This document shows, piece after piece, positions 48,123-57,920 of a stretch of 64,000 nucleotides of DNA (its first letter is position 1; each line of letters starts with the position of its first letter). Location of the stretch: contig CAMEXD010000003.1 in assembly GCA_945947035.1 (NCBI GenBank), positions 19,760 through 83,759 on the forward strand, given 5' to 3'. A program made the position numbers and the translations under genes. Source of the DNA: an uncultured Mycoplasma sp. (lineage in GTDB: Bacteria; Bacillota_I; Bacilli_A; RF39; UBA660). The notes under the pieces are model-generated. The model had not been told where the DNA came from, did not search any database, and saw only the letters and a program-made list of their open reading frames with translations.

Positions 48123-48147
48123 AAAACTTCATTTTGAAGTTTTTTTT
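48123..48147. terminator. Bidirectional terminator between the 47451 gene and spoIVA
   Basis: AAAACTTCA-TTT-TGAAGTTTT followed by a T-run. Confidence 0.65.
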
Positions 48148-49621
48148 ATATTACAATAGCAATTAAATTGTTGGATCCTTTATTAACTATTTTTGCCATT
48201 GTCTGTTGTAATTTATATCGTATATTTTCTGGCATCATAGCTATTTTTGATTGAATGCCTTCTTGAACAATAACATCTAAACTTCTACCAAATATTTCAC
48301 TGCTCCAAATATTTGATGGATTAGTTTCACTATCTTTCATAAGATAATCAATTAACTCTTTACTTTGCATTTCACTACCTATTATTGGTTCAAAAGTACT
48401 TTCAACATCAACTCTTATCATGTGAATTGATGGTGCTGTTGCTTTTAGTTTGATACCATATCTACTTCCTTGTTTAGTTATTTCAGGAGTATCTAATTTC
48501 ATATCTTTTAAGGTAGGATTAGCAACACCATACCCTGTTGTTTTAACCATTTTTAAAGCTGTTTTAACTTGTTCATATTCTAATTTAGATTCATTGTAAT
48601 CCTGAAACATTGCAAGTAAATTAGCCTTTGATGTTATATCAACACCAATCATTTCATTTAAAACTTTAGAGAATAAATCATCAGGTGCATCTAAAGTAAT
48701 TGTTGCTGTTCCACTTGATGGATCAACTTTTGACATATAAGCTTTAGAAATATATTCACAATTATCAAAATAACTAGTTAAAGTATCGACATCTCTTAAT
48801 TTATCAACCTCATAAACTGCAGTTTTAATTTTTTCAATATACTCTTTTTTTACATAGTGATCTTTATTTAAAACACCAATCCAATCGGGTATTTCAAATT
48901 TAACTTCCATAATAGGAAATTCATATAAAGCTTCACGTAAAATATCAAAAGTATCTCTTTCATTCATAGATAAAACATCAATTGGAAGAACAGGTACACC
49001 ATATAATTCTTTTAAGTTACTTGCAAGATTTCTAGTTTCAACACTACTTGGATTTTTAGTATTTAAAACAACGATAAATGGTTTGTGGTATTCTTTTAAT
49101 TCTTTTACAACTCTTTCTTCTGCTTCAACATAATCATCTCTTGTAAACTCTCCAATAGAGCCATCTGTAGTCATAATTATTCCTATTGTTGAATGATCTT
49201 TAATAACTTTTTCTGTTCCAACTTCTGCTGCTTCAACAAATGGTATTTCATCATTAAACCATGGTGTTTTAACCATTCTTGGACCATTTTCATCTTCATA
49301 TCCTTTAGCGTTTTTAATAACGTATCCAACACAATCGACAAGTCTCATGTTGCATTCTAAATCATCAATCTTTACTTTAGCAACGTTATTAGGAACAAAC
49401 TTAGGCTCAATTGTCATAATTGTTTTACCACCTGATGATTGTGGCGTTTCATCTAATGCTCTTTTTCTTTCAAATTCATCATCTATATTAGGTATAATTA
49501 AATTTTCTAATACTTTTTTGATAAAAGTTGACTTACCAGTTCTAACGGCACCTACTACTCCTAAATAAATGTCTCCACCAGTTCTTAGAGCAATGTCTTT
49601 TATTATTTCTTGTTTTTCCAT
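48146..49621 (-). CDS. spoIVA: Stage IV sporulation protein A
   Basis: 491 aa, IALRTGGDIYLGVVGAVRTGKSTFIKK Walker A, with full-length family resemblance. Confidence 0.95.
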   Translation of the reverse strand: MEKQEIIKDIALRTGGDIYLGVVGAVRTGKSTFIKKVLENLIIPNIDDEFERKRALDETPQSSGGKTIMTIEPKFVPNNVAKVKIDDLECNMRLVDCVGYVIKNAKGYEDENGPRMVKTPWFNDEIPFVEAAEVGTEKVIKDHSTIGIIMTTDGSIGEFTRDDYVEAEERVVKELKEYHKPFIVVLNTKNPSSVETRNLASNLKELYGVPVLPIDVLSMNERDTFDILREALYEFPIMEVKFEIPDWIGVLNKDHYVKKEYIEKIKTAVYEVDKLRDVDTLTSYFDNCEYISKAYMSKVDPSSGTATITLDAPDDLFSKVLNEMIGVDITSKANLLAMFQDYNESKLEYEQVKTALKMVKTTGYGVANPTLKDMKLDTPEITKQGSRYGIKLKATAPSIHMIRVDVESTFEPIIGSEMQSKELIDYLMKDSETNPSNIWSSEIFGRSLDVIVQEGIQSKIAMMPENIRYKLQQTMAKIVNKGSNNLIAIVI

Positions 49622-49643
49622 ATTATCACTCTCTTTCTATTTA

Positions 49644-49671
49644 AATTTATGAATATTAAAAATTAATATGA
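49644..49671 (-). promoter_or_regulatory. Possible sigma-E-type promoter of spoIVA
   Basis: Minus strand TCATATT-N13-CATAAATT, close to my recollection of the sigma-E consensus (ATATT ... CATACA-T). Confidence 0.35.
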
Positions 49672-49696
49672 AAAAAAAGATAACTTTTTATTAAAA

Positions 49697-49906
49697 TTAT
49701 CTTCCTTTTTTACAAGTTCTACACATTTCTATATCACTATCATAACAATCGCATCTAAAATCGTCACAATCATAAGCACTAATTGGTTTATGTGGCTTTT
49801 CTTTTACAGAACAAACATATATCCTTTCACCAAATTTATTATATTTAACAAGAGTTGCTTTTTCACATAAAGTACAATTTGCTTTTAAGCATGATATTTT
49901 GCCCAT
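49697..49906 (-). CDS. Small Cys-rich hypothetical protein
   Basis: 69 aa from MGKISCLKANCTLCEK with 11 Cys. The track's N-terminal extension is unlikely to be real. Confidence 0.5.
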   Translation of the reverse strand: MGKISCLKANCTLCEKATLVKYNKFGERIYVCSVKEKPHKPISAYDCDDFRCDCYDSDIEMCRTCKKGR

Positions 49907-49971
49907 AAATTTCACCTTCTTTTGGTACTTTATTTTATAATATAAAGTTAAATAAATCAAGAAAAAAGAAT

Positions 49972-50271
49972 CTAATTATCTTTTAATGAATTAAATTCTT
50001 TTTTTAAATCTTCATCTGTTATTTTTTCAATTAAACTTTCTAATTTTTTATCTTTTTGATATAGATGTAAATGTTCTTCATAAAACTCTAATTTTTCAGA
50101 TATAAATTTTAATTCTTTATGAATTGCGTTTCTTGATACATTTAAATTTTCACTAATTTCTGCTAAAGATAAGTTATCAAAGTAATAATTTTTAAAGTAA
50201 GTTTGTTGTTTATCTGTTAAAAGTTCTCCATAATAATCAAAAAGTATTGTCAAATAAATCTCTTTTTCCAT
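49972..50271 (-). CDS. ylxM: YlxM-type putative DNA-binding protein (UPF0122)
   Basis: LFDYYGELLTDKQQTYFKNYYFDNLSLAEISENLNVSRNAIH. Immediately downstream of ftsY. Confidence 0.85.
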   Translation of the reverse strand: MEKEIYLTILFDYYGELLTDKQQTYFKNYYFDNLSLAEISENLNVSRNAIHKELKFISEKLEFYEEHLHLYQKDKKLESLIEKITDEDLKKEFNSLKDN

Positions 50272-51267
50272 TTAAATCATATCCTTAAATAAACCATATA
50301 TATATTTATCTATGTCAAATGTTTCTAAATCTGTTTTTAATTCTCCTAAACCTACAAATTTAACCGGTATATTTAATTCTTCTTTTATAGCAAGAACAAT
50401 ACCACCTTTTGCAGTTCCATCTAGTTTTGTTAAAACTATTCCTGTTATATTAGTTAGTTTTTTAAATTCTTTAGCTTGACTAATACCATTTTGTCCTGTT
50501 GTTGCATCTATTACCAAAAGTGTTTCATGAGGAGCATTGGGTATTAAATTTCCAATTACCTTATTTATTTTAGCAAGTTCATTCATTAAATTAACTTTAT
50601 TTTGAAGACGTCCTGCTGTATCTATTAAGATAACATCTGACTTTTCTTCTAAAGATTTTTTTATACCATCATAAATTACACTTGAAGGATCAGATTTTTC
50701 ATCTTTACCATAAAAAGATGTTCCTATTTTTTCTGACCAAGACATAAGTTGTTCATAAGCACCTGCTCTAAATGTATCTCCTGCTATTAACATAATCTTT
50801 TTTCCTTCCTGTTTTAATTTATAGGCAAGTTTAGCAATAGTTGTTGTTTTTCCAACACCATTTACTCCAACAAATAAAATAACTGTAGGTCCTTCATTAT
50901 TATAATTTATTTTATTTACAATAATTTCATCATTTACATATATTATAAATAATTCATCTACAATAATTTCTTTTAAATCTTTTGGACTTTCTATTTTTTC
51001 TTGTTTTACCCTATTTCTTAATCTATCCATAAATGACATAACTGTTGGAACACCAATATCAGCCATAATTAAAACTTCTTCTAATTCTAGAAAAAAATCT
51101 TCTGTTATTTTATTATATTTATTAGTTAAGTTAATAAGTTTAGATACAAAGTCTGTTCTTGTTTTTGTTAATCCTTTTTCATATTTTTTTATATTATTAT
51201 CTTCTTGTTTTTCTTTTTGTTCTTTATTAAAAATATCTTTTATTTTGTTAAATAATCCCATAAACAT
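50272..51267 (-). CDS. ftsY: Signal recognition particle receptor FtsY
   Basis: GVNGVGKTTTIAKLA, DTAGR, TKLDG. Confidence 0.95.
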   Translation of the reverse strand: MFMGLFNKIKDIFNKEQKEKQEDNNIKKYEKGLTKTRTDFVSKLINLTNKYNKITEDFFLELEEVLIMADIGVPTVMSFMDRLRNRVKQEKIESPKDLKEIIVDELFIIYVNDEIIVNKINYNNEGPTVILFVGVNGVGKTTTIAKLAYKLKQEGKKIMLIAGDTFRAGAYEQLMSWSEKIGTSFYGKDEKSDPSSVIYDGIKKSLEEKSDVILIDTAGRLQNKVNLMNELAKINKVIGNLIPNAPHETLLVIDATTGQNGISQAKEFKKLTNITGIVLTKLDGTAKGGIVLAIKEELNIPVKFVGLGELKTDLETFDIDKYIYGLFKDMI

Positions 51268-51300
51268 TTCTCCTTTTTAACCCATTATATCATATTTTGT

Positions 51301-51329
51301 TTGACTTTTTAATAATTTTTATATATAAT
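51301..51329 (+). promoter_or_regulatory. Consensus sigma-A promoter of rpsD, followed by a ~150-nt leader
   Basis: TTGACT-N17-TATAAT. The long leader is consistent with S4 autoregulation, but its structure was not verified. Confidence 0.6.
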
Positions 51330-51489
51330 TATATCGCATATACATTGAAACAGCCGTATTTTTACTATTTATAACGTGTTTTTAATAAAATAAAGTAGCT
51401 TTAGCTGTTAAAGTGAAATAAAAAAACTCCCTATGAATAGAAAAATATATCAGTGTTTATGAAATATAAATATTGAAAGGAGATATATT

Positions 51490-52092
51490 ATGGCAAGATA
51501 TACTGGATCTAGTTACAAACAAGCTCGTCGTGTTGGTGCTTCTTTACTTGAAAATGGTAAAGAATTAGCTCGTCGTCCATACGGACCAGGACAACATGGA
51601 AATGATCGTAAAAGAAGACCATCTACTTACGGAGAACAATTAAAAGAAAAACAAAAAGTAAGATTTATGTATGGTTTAAATGAAAGACAATTCCATAAGA
51701 CATTTGTTGAAGCTGGTAAATTAAGTGGTATTCATGGTGAAAATTTATTAATTTTACTTGAATCAAGACTTGATAATTTAGTTTATCGTTTAGGTTTTGC
51801 TACAACAAGACGTGGTGCAAGACAACTTGTAAATCATGGACATATTACTGTTAATGGTAAAAAAGTTGATATTCCTTCATTTAGAGTTAAAGTAGGTTCT
51901 ACAATTGCTTTAAAAGAAGAAAGTAAAGACTTAAAAGTTGTTAAAGAATCACTTGAAAAAGTAGGAAAAAGAGCAGAATTTGTTAAATTCAATGAAAAAG
52001 ATAACTCAGGTGTTTTTGTTAGACTTCCTGAAAGAAGTGAATTAAATCCTGAATTTAATGAAGCATTAATAGTTGAATTCTATAACAGATAA
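51490..52092 (+). CDS. rpsD: 30S ribosomal protein S4
   Basis: [16 protein letters not shown]... Confidence 0.97.
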   Translation: MARYTGSSYKQARRVGASLLENGKELARRPYGPGQHGNDRKRRPSTYGEQLKEKQKVRFMYGLNERQFHKTFVEAGKLSGIHGENLLILLESRLDNLVYRLGFATTRRGARQLVNHGHITVNGKKVDIPSFRVKVGSTIALKEESKDLKVVKESLEKVGKRAEFVKFNEKDNSGVFVRLPERSELNPEFNEALIVEFYNR

Positions 52093-52096
52093 TGTT

Positions 52097-52124
52097 AAAA
52101 AAACATCAAATTTGATGTTTTTTT
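52097..52124. terminator. Bidirectional terminator between rpsD and the topoisomerase gene
   Basis: AAAAAAACATCAAATTTGATGTTTTTTT. Confidence 0.75.
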
Positions 52125-52135
52125 TGTTTTATTAT

Positions 52136-54040
52136 CTACTTAATTGTATAACTATCTTCCAAAGAAAACTCTACATTTTCTTCAATCCATTCTTTTCTTG
52201 GTTCTACTTTATCACCCATTAAAACAGTAACTCTTTTTTCTGCTAAAGAAGCATCATCTATATTTACTTTAATTAAAGTTCTTGTTTTAGGATCCATTGT
52301 AGTTTCCCAAAGTTGATCAGCATTCATCTCACCAAGTCCTTTATATCTTTGGATTTCATACTTTGTTATATCTTTAGTCATATCTCTTAATTCATCATTA
52401 GTATAGGCATACTTTACTTCTTTACCAATAGTTACTTTAAATAATGGTGGCATTGCAATATAAAGATGTCCTTTTTCTACTAAAGGTCTCATGTATCTAT
52501 AAAAGAAAGTTAAAAGTAAACACTGAATATGAGCACCATCATCATCGGCATCGGTCATGATTATTATTTTATCATAAGCCATTTCACTTTCATCAAAACT
52601 ACTACCAGATCCTGCTCCTATAGTATGAATCATAGTAGCTATTTCTTCATTTTTTATTATATCTTCAAATTTTGCTTTTTCAGTATTAAGAACTTTTCCT
52701 TTTAAAGGAAGAATAGCTTGGAATGTTTTATCTCTTCCTTGTTTTGCACTACCACCGGCAGAATCACCTTCGACTAAGAAAAGTTCATTTTTACTTTTAT
52801 CCTTACCACTAGCAGGTGTTAATTTATCAGATAAAAGCATATCTTTTTTATTTTTTTTGCCTTTTCTAATCTCTTCTCTTGCTTTTCTTGCTGCTTCTCT
52901 TGCCATCTTACTTTTTAAAGATTTATTGATAATATCTGTTGCTACTTTTGAATTTTCTTCCAAAAAGAATGAAACTTTTTCAGATACAATAGATTCAACT
53001 ACAGTTCTTGCAATAGGACTTCCTAATTTTGATTTTGTTTGTCCTTCAAATTGTAATAAATTTTCAGGTATTTTTAATGATATAATTGCCGTTAATCCTT
53101 CTCTTACATCACTTCCATCAAATGATGTATCTTTGCCCTTTAAAAAATTATTCTTTTTAGCATATTCATTAAATACTTTAGTTAAAGCAGTTCTAAAACC
53201 AACTTCATGAGTTCCACCATCACCTGTTTTAACATTATTAACAAAAGATATAATATTTTCATTATATGTATCAGTATATTGGAAAGCAATATCTACTTCA
53301 ATTCCTTGTTTTGAGCCACTAAAATTACAAATTTTATGTAACACATTTTTATTTTCATTAATCATAGAAACAAATGATACAAGACCATCATCATAATGAA
53401 ATGAAACATTTTTATTATCCTCTTTATCTTCTACTTCAATTGTAAGATTTTTAATTAAAAAAGCACTTTCTTGCATTCTTTCAACAATTGTTGTGTACGA
53501 AAAATTAGTTGTAGAAAAAATTTCAGGATCAGGTAAAAATCTAACTGTTGTTCCTGTTTTATTAGTATTACCAATTTTCTTTAATGGAACTTCTACTCTT
53601 CCACCATTAGAAAACTTTATGTAATATTCTCCACCATCTCTTTTAATTACAACTTCCATCCACTTTGACAAAGCATTAACAACACTTGCTCCAACACCAT
53701 GAAGTCCACCAGACACCTTATAACCATCAGTTTCAAATTTACCACCAGCATGAAGTACTGTATAAATAACTTCAGGAGTTGATTTTCCAGATTGATGAAG
53801 TCCTACTGGAACACCACGACCATGATCTTCAACTGAAATTGATTTATCTTCATGTATCGTAATTTTAATATAATCTCCAAATCCATTTATTACTTCATCT
53901 ATTGCATTGTCAACAATTTCCCATACTAAATGATGTAATCCTCTTTTATCAGTAGAACCTATATACATACCAGGTCTTTTTCTTACTGCATCAAGACCTT
54001 CAAGAATTTTTATACTATTTTCATCATATTTAAGTGCCAT
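52136..54040 (-). CDS. parE: Type IIA topoisomerase ATPase subunit (ParE/GyrB family; probably topoisomerase IV subunit B)
   Basis: LEGLDAVRKRPGMYIGST, GLHHLVWEIVDNAIDE and a TOPRIM EGDSAGG. Not in the dnaA-gyrB context, hence ParE is preferred, but no parC/gyrA lies adjacent. Confidence 0.85.
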   Translation of the reverse strand: MALKYDENSIKILEGLDAVRKRPGMYIGSTDKRGLHHLVWEIVDNAIDEVINGFGDYIKITIHEDKSISVEDHGRGVPVGLHQSGKSTPEVIYTVLHAGGKFETDGYKVSGGLHGVGASVVNALSKWMEVVIKRDGGEYYIKFSNGGRVEVPLKKIGNTNKTGTTVRFLPDPEIFSTTNFSYTTIVERMQESAFLIKNLTIEVEDKEDNKNVSFHYDDGLVSFVSMINENKNVLHKICNFSGSKQGIEVDIAFQYTDTYNENIISFVNNVKTGDGGTHEVGFRTALTKVFNEYAKKNNFLKGKDTSFDGSDVREGLTAIISLKIPENLLQFEGQTKSKLGSPIARTVVESIVSEKVSFFLEENSKVATDIINKSLKSKMAREAARKAREEIRKGKKNKKDMLLSDKLTPASGKDKSKNELFLVEGDSAGGSAKQGRDKTFQAILPLKGKVLNTEKAKFEDIIKNEEIATMIHTIGAGSGSSFDESEMAYDKIIIMTDADDDGAHIQCLLLTFFYRYMRPLVEKGHLYIAMPPLFKVTIGKEVKYAYTNDELRDMTKDITKYEIQRYKGLGEMNADQLWETTMDPKTRTLIKVNIDDASLAEKRVTVLMGDKVEPRKEWIEENVEFSLEDSYTIK

Positions 54041-54137
54041 AACTACCATCTCCATTTTTTATTTTATCATATTTTTTATTATTTTCCAAATCAACTTTAC
54101 ATTTTTATTTATTATAAATATATTATTTTTTTATCTA

Positions 54138-54226
54138 ATCACGTTTTTGATACGAATTTTTGCAACAATTATCACGTTTTTGACACGACTTTTGAATTTT
54201 TTTCACACATTTTTGATAAATTATTA
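54138..54226. repeat. 33-bp tandem repeat array, left set (2 full copies plus 1 degenerate copy)
   Basis: ATCACGTTTTTGAYACGAMTTTTTGCAACAATT units begin at 54138 and 54171, with a degenerate unit at about 54203. Confidence 0.85.
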
Positions 54227-54254
54227 CAAAAAAAGAAGAAATTAATCTTCTTTA
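54162..54254. repeat. Direct repeat, left copy (93 bp), includes the stop and last 3 codons of the AAA gene
   Basis: Matches 55668..55761 with 3 differences that I can see. Confidence 0.9.
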
Positions 54255-55555
54255 ATTAAAAATGTTGCATATAAAGGAATTGACTTTATCTTATTTTTAG
54301 GATCATATCCAAAATCTTTAGTACTAATTCTAATTGAATATTTTGGATTATATTTTTCATTATAAATTTTTAAACTTTTTGATTGAGTACTATCTCCTGA
54401 TTTTACTTCTACTGGTATAATACCATCTTTAGTATATAGCAAAAAATCAATCTCAGCTTTATTATTATTTTTCCAATAATACAAATCAAAACCATTACAT
54501 ATTAATTGATTAGCAACATAATTTTCTGCAATTATTCCTTTATATAAAGAAATATTATCTGTTAAAATATCCTCAATATTAAGTTTTAAAATATTATTAA
54601 GAATTCCAACATCACTTAAATATAACTTATAAGTATCATAATCAACAAAGCCTTCAAGTGGAATTTCAGGAATTTTAACACATTTAGATCTAAGAACCAT
54701 ATTACTTGCTTCTAACCAATCAAGTGAAGTTTCATATTCCCTTTTTCTTGCATCTTTTGAAACATTAGAATATTGAAATTTATTAGAAAGATTAGATAAC
54801 TGTGACGGTAATGAATTGTATAACCTATTTATTTTTAATGATTCGGCATCAGATGTAACATACTTATCCATATCTTTAAAATATGAACTTAAAATATCTT
54901 TTAATATAGTTTTATCATATTTTATATAATCTCCATTTGTGTTTACCATATTATTTATACTTTCAGGCATGCCACCAGTAATTAGATAAGTTCTATAAAA
55001 TCCAATTGCTTTTTCATGAACACTATTAGATATTTGAGTATTTTTTTTATAACAATCTTTTATAAGTTCAATAAGACTATTTTGATTCATTGCCCATAAA
55101 AATTCTTCAAAATCCATTGGATACATATTAATCATTTTTACTTTACCGACGGGAAAAGAAAATTTACTTCTTTTTAATTTAACGCCTAAAAGTGAACCAG
55201 CACATATAATTCTTATGTTATTATGTTTTTCACAAAAATATTTAAGTTCAGAAATAAGTTTTTCTGACTCTTGAATTTCATCTATAAATAAAATTGTATT
55301 TTCTTCATCCAAATCAAAATTTAATAAAACTTTTAATTGAGCATATTTTTCATCAGATGTTAAAGTCGAATTATATAATTCAACGATATTATATTGTTCA
55401 AATAAATTTACATAAATATAATTCTTATATTCATTTTTACAAAATTTATCAATAATATAAGTTTTCCCACATTGTCTTACACCTAAAATCATTAATGGTT
55501 TTATAGTGTCATTATTCTTCCAAGCTAATAAATCATCATATATCTTTCTTTTCAC
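54242..55555 (-). CDS. AAA+ ATPase with a C-terminal PD-(D/E)XK-like domain (AAA_14/DUF4143 type)
   Basis: Walker A GVRQCGKT, Walker B ILFIDEIQ, and C-terminal AEIDFLL...IIPVEVKSGD. Confidence 0.8.
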   Translation of the reverse strand: MKRKIYDDLLAWKNNDTIKPLMILGVRQCGKTYIIDKFCKNEYKNYIYVNLFEQYNIVELYNSTLTSDEKYAQLKVLLNFDLDEENTILFIDEIQESEKLISELKYFCEKHNNIRIICAGSLLGVKLKRSKFSFPVGKVKMINMYPMDFEEFLWAMNQNSLIELIKDCYKKNTQISNSVHEKAIGFYRTYLITGGMPESINNMVNTNGDYIKYDKTILKDILSSYFKDMDKYVTSDAESLKINRLYNSLPSQLSNLSNKFQYSNVSKDARKREYETSLDWLEASNMVLRSKCVKIPEIPLEGFVDYDTYKLYLSDVGILNNILKLNIEDILTDNISLYKGIIAENYVANQLICNGFDLYYWKNNNKAEIDFLLYTKDGIIPVEVKSGDSTQSKSLKIYNEKYNPKYSIRISTKDFGYDPKNKIKSIPLYATFLIKED

Positions 55556-55610
55556 AAGTTACCACCTCATTTAAATGATATCATCTTTTTTCTGTTTTTT
55601 CAAGTCGTTC

Positions 55611-55733
55611 ATCACGTTTTTGATATGACTTTTCACAACAATCATCACATTTTTGACACGACTTTTTGCAACAATTATCACGTTTTTGACACGACTTTTT
55701 AATTTTTTTTCACACATTTTTGATAAATTATTA
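55611..55733. repeat. 33-bp tandem repeat array, right set (3 full copies plus 1 degenerate copy)
   Basis: Units begin at 55611, 55644 and 55677, with a degenerate unit at 55710. Confidence 0.85.
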
Positions 55734-55761
55734 TAAAAAAAGAAGAAATTAATCTTCTTTA
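55668..55761. repeat. Direct repeat, right copy (94 bp), includes the stop and last 3 codons of rmuC plus its terminator hairpin
   Basis: Shares GCAACAATTATCACGTTTTTGACACGAC...AAGAAGAAATTAATCTTCTTTA with 54162..54254. Confidence 0.9.
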
Positions 55762-56807
55762 TGTTCAATTAAATTAATATCTACTTTATTAATTGATTCA
55801 AATCTTTTGGTAATTTTATTAGTTGTTGTATGAATATCTTGAACATCTTTTGATACACTATCAATACTTTTTGATAATTTATCCCAACGTTCTTTATATC
55901 TTGAAAATTCTATTCCTAGTTTATTTAATTCTTCATGAATAATTGTTGTATACTTATCTCTTTCAATATTTTTAATAATCATTTCAATTACTGTAAGAGT
56001 TGAAATGAGTGTTGTAGGACTAGTTATCCAAACATGTTTTTTATATGAATAATCAATTATATCTGAGTGATATGCATTAATTTCTGCAAATATAGCTTCT
56101 GCTGGTAAAAACATAATTGCTTGATCTGTTGTAACACCATTTATTATATATTTATCATGGATAGCATCAATATGTTTTTTAACATCCATTTTAAACATTT
56201 TTTCATATTTTTCTCTTTCAATAACACTTAAATTTTTATCTACCATAAGACGATAATTTTCCAAAGGAAACTTACTATCTATAGCAATAGTTCCAAGAGG
56301 TTCTGGTGCAAAAAGAATTGAATCTGCAATATAACCATTAGGAAGTGTATATTGAAGTTTATAAATAAGATCATTTTCTGGACCAAATACTGATTCTAAA
56401 ATATGTTTTAAATTAACTTCCCCAAAAATACCTCTTGTTTTTTTATCAGTTAATATTCCTTGAAGAGAAACAATATCGTTAGATAAACTATCAATCTTTT
56501 TCTGTGCTTCATCTATTTTTGATAGTCTTTCTAAGACATTTATAAATGTTTTATTAGTTTTTTCAAAATTTTGATCAAGCCTTTCATTGACTCTTTCATT
56601 TATTTCTAAAAGTTTTTGTTCATTCTTTAATGAAAGATCTGAAAAATCTTTATTTAAAGAAATCTTAAGTTCTGATAATTCTTTAGTTAAATTAACTTCT
56701 AATTTACCAAGACGTTCTGTTATATTTGCCTCATTAATATTTTTTGTTAATGATATTATTGTAAGTATAAGTATTACAACCAAAATTCCTATTATTACAT
56801 ATTCCAT
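55749..56807 (-). CDS. rmuC: DNA recombination protein RmuC
   Basis: N-terminal TM, coiled coil, and an RmuC nuclease-like C-terminal domain (FAPEPLGTIAIDSKFPLENY). Confidence 0.88.
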   Translation of the reverse strand: MEYVIIGILVVILILTIISLTKNINEANITERLGKLEVNLTKELSELKISLNKDFSDLSLKNEQKLLEINERVNERLDQNFEKTNKTFINVLERLSKIDEAQKKIDSLSNDIVSLQGILTDKKTRGIFGEVNLKHILESVFGPENDLIYKLQYTLPNGYIADSILFAPEPLGTIAIDSKFPLENYRLMVDKNLSVIEREKYEKMFKMDVKKHIDAIHDKYIINGVTTDQAIMFLPAEAIFAEINAYHSDIIDYSYKKHVWITSPTTLISTLTVIEMIIKNIERDKYTTIIHEELNKLGIEFSRYKERWDKLSKSIDSVSKDVQDIHTTTNKITKRFESINKVDINLIEHKED

Positions 56808-56813
56808 AAAATA

Positions 56814-57395
56814 CTACTCCTCTACTTTAATTATTTTTTCTATTACTTTACTAATTAGATAAGCTAATACAATTAACACAAACATTTTAATTAAAACAGT
56901 TGGTTCTTTAATCGATGATAATAAATTGCTTCCAACATATCCCCAAAAATATATTATAGATATCTTTCCTATTAAAAGGGAAATAAAATATTTTTTAGAG
57001 TTCATGCCAGATAATCCTGCGGCTATATTTATTAAAAACGATGGTGTAAATGGCATAGCATGAATGATTACTAAAGCATTAAAATCAATATTTTTTATTT
57101 TTAACATAAGTTTATTGACCTTTGTTTTTGTTTTTTCATTTAAAAATCTATAAGCAAATTTATTAAGAGCAAATTTAAATAGGTAAAATGATGCCATACA
57201 ACCAGTAATAGTTGCTACATAACTAACAATAAATCCAACAACTTTGCCAAATGCCAAAATGTTCATTCCAATAAAAACTGCCAAAGGAAGAATTGGAAAA
57301 ATTGCTTCTAAAATTACTAGAAAAAATCCTCCGATAACTCCAATAGATTCTAAATAACTAATTACATTGTTTATTATTATGTTTATTGTATCCAT
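56814..57395 (-). CDS. TVP38/TMEM64 (DedA-related) family membrane protein
   Basis: 193 aa, multi-TM, typical VTT-domain pattern. Confidence 0.7.
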   Translation of the reverse strand: MDTINIIINNVISYLESIGVIGGFFLVILEAIFPILPLAVFIGMNILAFGKVVGFIVSYVATITGCMASFYLFKFALNKFAYRFLNEKTKTKVNKLMLKIKNIDFNALVIIHAMPFTPSFLINIAAGLSGMNSKKYFISLLIGKISIIYFWGYVGSNLLSSIKEPTVLIKMFVLIVLAYLISKVIEKIIKVEE

Positions 57396-57445
57396 AAATA
57401 TCTCCTATAGTTATTATAATACAAAACTTTGTTTTTTAAAACATA

Positions 57446-57733
57446 TTAAATTCCATAATAACTATTATATCCACCAAGAATATTTACTACTTTATACCCC
57501 ATAGCACTTAATTTATTGCATACTGGAGCACTAGTATACCCTACTGAACAATATATATAATAAGTTTCATCTTTATTTAAATATTTACTTGGATTTGACA
57601 TTAAATAATTACTTGGTATATTTTTTGAAGTAGGAATATTACTTAAATTATATAAATAATTATCTCGTATATCAATTATATTTACTGAACCAAGAAGATT
57701 TTTTAAATCTTTTGCATCTATACTAGAATACAT
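57446..57733 (-). CDS. Rhodanese-like domain protein
   Basis: 95 aa, IIDIRD...YYIYCSVGYTS...ILGGY. Confidence 0.8.
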   Translation of the reverse strand: MYSSIDAKDLKNLLGSVNIIDIRDNYLYNLSNIPTSKNIPSNYLMSNPSKYLNKDETYYIYCSVGYTSAPVCNKLSAMGYKVVNILGGYNSYYGI

Positions 57734-57920
57734 AAAAATTCCTCCTCTTTATTATTATATGTTTTAGAAATTAAAAGAAATAGTTAGTTTAAACCCTTAT
57801 TTAATGATATTTTATATATCTTATTTTATTGGTATTAATAAAATAAGTTACTTAAAAAAAGTAAAATTACTTAAAACTATTTATAATATTTGTAAAAACA
57901 TTTATAATATTTATAAGGAG

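Noticed and set aside
55571-55768. 65-aa ORF with internal KSRVKNV repeats
   Set aside because: It is the translation of the 33-bp DNA tandem repeats plus the rmuC terminator. It has no RBS and overlaps the rmuC 3' end.
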